64,000 nucleotides of DNA, taken from assembly GCA_963726195.1 (NCBI GenBank), contig CAVSBO010000010.1, positions 32,001 through 96,000 of the forward strand, in the 5' to 3' direction. The translations under genes were made by a program, and so were the position numbers. The notes beneath the pieces were generated by a model. The model ran no database searches. It saw only the letters and a list, made by a program, of their open reading frames with translations, and was not told the origin of the DNA. This stretch comes from Candidatus Thorarchaeota archaeon. Its GTDB lineage: Archaea; Asgardarchaeota; Thorarchaeia; Thorarchaeales; Thorarchaeaceae. Positions 61,820-64,000 of the stretch are shown piece by piece; positions within the stretch are counted from its first letter, which is position 1; every line of letters begins with the position of its first letter.

Positions 61820-62392
61820 TTGTCGGAGAAATTCAGAGTCTTCCTGAGTGTTCACATAGTAGATGAGCCACTGCTTTCTCGAATCTCAAACATACAACGC
61901 AGACTGGACCAAGAAGCAGCGAAACTCAAGCTTGTAGAGAAGGACAGCATCCACTTCACACTTCGTTTCTTCGGCGATACTTCCCTTTCCAGAATCGAAG
62001 ATATGCGAAGGGTATTAGAGACCATGAGCTTTGACCCGTTCTCGATTTCAATCACAGGCGTAGGGGCCTTCCCGAGCTCTCGTCGTCCTAATGTAATATG
62101 GGTGGGAGTCAACCAGAATGCAGAACGGATGACCGAACTAAAGAATAGAATTGATTCCCTTCTTGTGAACCTAGGTTACCCTCCTGAGAAGAACTTCAAG
62201 GCCCATGCTACGATAGCGCGCGTACGATTCTTGCAGAATCGAGAGAGGATGCTCGCCAATCTCGAGTCACTCGCAAAAGAATCAGTTGGCACAATGACTG
62301 TGTCAGCCTTTCAAATGACCAAGAGCACGTTGAAGCCTTCGGGGCCTGTCTATGAGGCTCTCTGGGAGGTGTCAACTGGGAAATCGAAGTAG
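61820..62392 (+). CDS. thpR: RNA 2',3'-cyclic phosphodiesterase (2H family)
   Basis: HFTLRF, GAFP...PNVIW, HATIAR, S.L.P.GP.Y. Confidence 0.9.
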   Translation: MSEKFRVFLSVHIVDEPLLSRISNIQRRLDQEAAKLKLVEKDSIHFTLRFFGDTSLSRIEDMRRVLETMSFDPFSISITGVGAFPSSRRPNVIWVGVNQNAERMTELKNRIDSLLVNLGYPPEKNFKAHATIARVRFLQNRERMLANLESLAKESVGTMTVSAFQMTKSTLKPSGPVYEALWEVSTGKSK

Positions 62393-62430
62393 AATGATAT
62401 CGCAACCTAGGTGCATTAAATGGAGGTTCA

Positions 62431-62538
62431 TGGTGGGCCGGGCCGGATTTGAACCGGCGACCTCTTGCAGTTTGGGGCTCGGTTGATGAGACCGAGACCA
62501 CCCCAAGCAAGAATCATACCAAGCTAGACTACCGACCC
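62431..62538 (-). tRNA. tRNA-Pro(GGG) with 31-nt BHB intron (62470-62500), CCA encoded
   Basis: CTTGC-TT-GGG-G|T-GCAAG; TTGG/CCAA 4-bp helix flanked by 3-nt bulges. Confidence 0.92.
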
Positions 62539-62726
62539 GTGATTCTGGAGCGGCTGTGTCCAACGTGAAGATAAAGGTTACCTCCAGATATTGCTTTGTT
62601 TCCGTTTCGCTCAGGTGCATTTGATTTCCACCACATCAGTTAAGTCGTGTCGCGGAGAACAAGCATTCACCTGCACACTGCCTTTCGCTGGCAGGCGAGA
62701 ATGATGTCTGCTGGAGGCGACCGGTA

Positions 62727-63782
62727 TTGACGACTGAGATACTGTATCATGACGTATTCATGAAACATGAGATATCGCCGGGGCACCCTGAAAGCCCACA
62801 GCGTCTGAAAGTCGCTCTTGATCGTATAAGAACAGCAGGACTCCTACAGACCGGTAATGTCAAGCTTGTTACACCGAAACCACCAGACCTGAGTGAAGTC
62901 TACGCATTACATGACAAAGACTACATTGAAGACATCCATGTCAAGTGCGAGCGCGGAGGAGGAGTCTTCACCCTAGATACTGCCGCGAATTCATTCACCT
63001 ATGATGCCATGCTGCTGGCATCCGGTGGTGGAATCATGGCCGTTGACCATATTCTGGACAAGACCAGCGAGAATGCCTTTGTTCTGTGTAGACCTCCCGG
63101 ACACCATGCCGAACACGATAGAGCATTCGGATTCTGTTTTATCAACAACATCGCTATTGCTGCACAGCATCTCGTAAAGAGAAAGCATCTTGATAGAGTG
63201 ATGATAGTCGACTATGATGGTCACCATGGAAATGGAACACAGCATGCCTTCTATGATACCAACAAAGTGCTTTACATCTCTATGCATCAAGATGGTCGTA
63301 CTTTATTTCCCGGTTCAGGCTTTCCAGATGAAATCGGAAATGGAGAGGGTAGAGGATACACGGTGAATCTATCAATGTATCCGGGTGCCGGAGACCGCTC
63401 TTACGAAATCGCCTTCACTCACATGGTCGAGCCGCTGGCGGAGGCCTACGAACCCCAGTTCGTGCTAGTCTCTCTAGGTTTTGATTGCCACTTTGAGGAT
63501 CCTCTGACGAGCCTCGGTCTCACTACTTCGGGTATCTCGATGATGAATGCGCGCGTTCATGGAATAGCAAAGAAACACGCCCATGGCAGACTTGCCTTCT
63601 TCCTTGAGGGCGGGTATAACCTGAATATCGTGGGCAGCGGCTGTCAGAATCTGATTGAGGAGCTGTCAGGGCATCCTATAACGAAATTCGGAGACAGCCA
63701 CCAAGAGAGCGATATCTGCGTACGCTATACCGAGGAATTGGTGAAAGTCCTCGAACATAATCTCAAGGGAACCCTGTTCTAG
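62727..63782 (+). CDS. Histone deacetylase family protein
   Basis: HPESPQR, RPPGHHA, GFC..NN, D.D.HHGNGTQ, GFD.H, LEGGY. Confidence 0.93.
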   Translation: MTTEILYHDVFMKHEISPGHPESPQRLKVALDRIRTAGLLQTGNVKLVTPKPPDLSEVYALHDKDYIEDIHVKCERGGGVFTLDTAANSFTYDAMLLASGGGIMAVDHILDKTSENAFVLCRPPGHHAEHDRAFGFCFINNIAIAAQHLVKRKHLDRVMIVDYDGHHGNGTQHAFYDTNKVLYISMHQDGRTLFPGSGFPDEIGNGEGRGYTVNLSMYPGAGDRSYEIAFTHMVEPLAEAYEPQFVLVSLGFDCHFEDPLTSLGLTTSGISMMNARVHGIAKKHAHGRLAFFLEGGYNLNIVGSGCQNLIEELSGHPITKFGDSHQESDICVRYTEELVKVLEHNLKGTLF

Positions 63783-64000
63783 TGTTCTCTATCCTCAAAG
63801 TCTTCCAGCAGTGTCTGTGCTGAATCGGCGGCGTCTTGCTCTCCCGTTGTAATCGACAGTTCCCTGTTGCCCTCGTCGACCCCGAGACCGAGTTGCTGCT
63901 TTATTGATTCTGCAATGGAGGGCCCAATCGATGGTACTCTTGCTATCTGCTCGAGAGACGCCCGAGACAGGTCTGATAGTGTCTTGAAGCCATGGTTATG
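63779..64000 (-). CDS. C-terminus of a helix-hairpin-helix protein, probably Hel308 helicase (partial)
   Basis: GFKTLSDL...IARVPSIGPSIAESI; terminal PIP-like QTLLEDF. Confidence 0.6.
   Translation of the reverse strand, partial: HNHGFKTLSDLSRASLEQIARVPSIGPSIAESIKQQLGLGVDEGNRELSITTGEQDAADSAQTLLEDFEDREH

Noticed and set aside
1-64000. CRISPR arrays, rRNA, SRP or RNase P RNA, prophage; numerous antisense ORFs in the track
   Set aside because: No repeat-spacer periodicity or signature motifs seen; the antisense ORFs are shadows of well-supported genes

Overview
Archaeal chromosomal DNA, most likely Asgard (Thorarchaeia-like). This is inferred from archaeal informational genes (rpl15e, RNase P subunits, PCNA-priS-GINS, TFS, rpoL, csl4, cdc6, PolD DP1, KEOPS, rps3ae, rps15, herA-nurA, GPN GTPase) together with a tandem-roadblock/small-GTPase module. 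It also holds a QmoAB-like HdrABC-MvhD cluster, arsM/PadR, fprA, three tRNAs (two with introns), a candidate oriC and many single-base frameshifts that are probably assembly indels. Main finding: two related non-autonomous IS607-type tnpB elements (1181-2486 +, 50702-52005 -) each sit at a GG in the first codons of an operon-internal gene, in the same orientation and phase. The element's right end supplies a Shine-Dalgarno, an ATG and the peptide MGEFRTT in frame with the rest of the interrupted gene. In copy 2 the host N-terminus also reads through the left end and a collapsed 16-codon tnpA into the tnpB start, so the element looks translationally non-polar and self-rescuing. Also notable: an omegaRNA-only IS200/IS605 mini-element, a roadblock / DENN(folliculin)-like / MglA-like GTPase operon, a double winged-helix ferredoxin protein in the Hdr operon and several structured leaders. 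All product calls are from motif recognition by eye; no searches were run.
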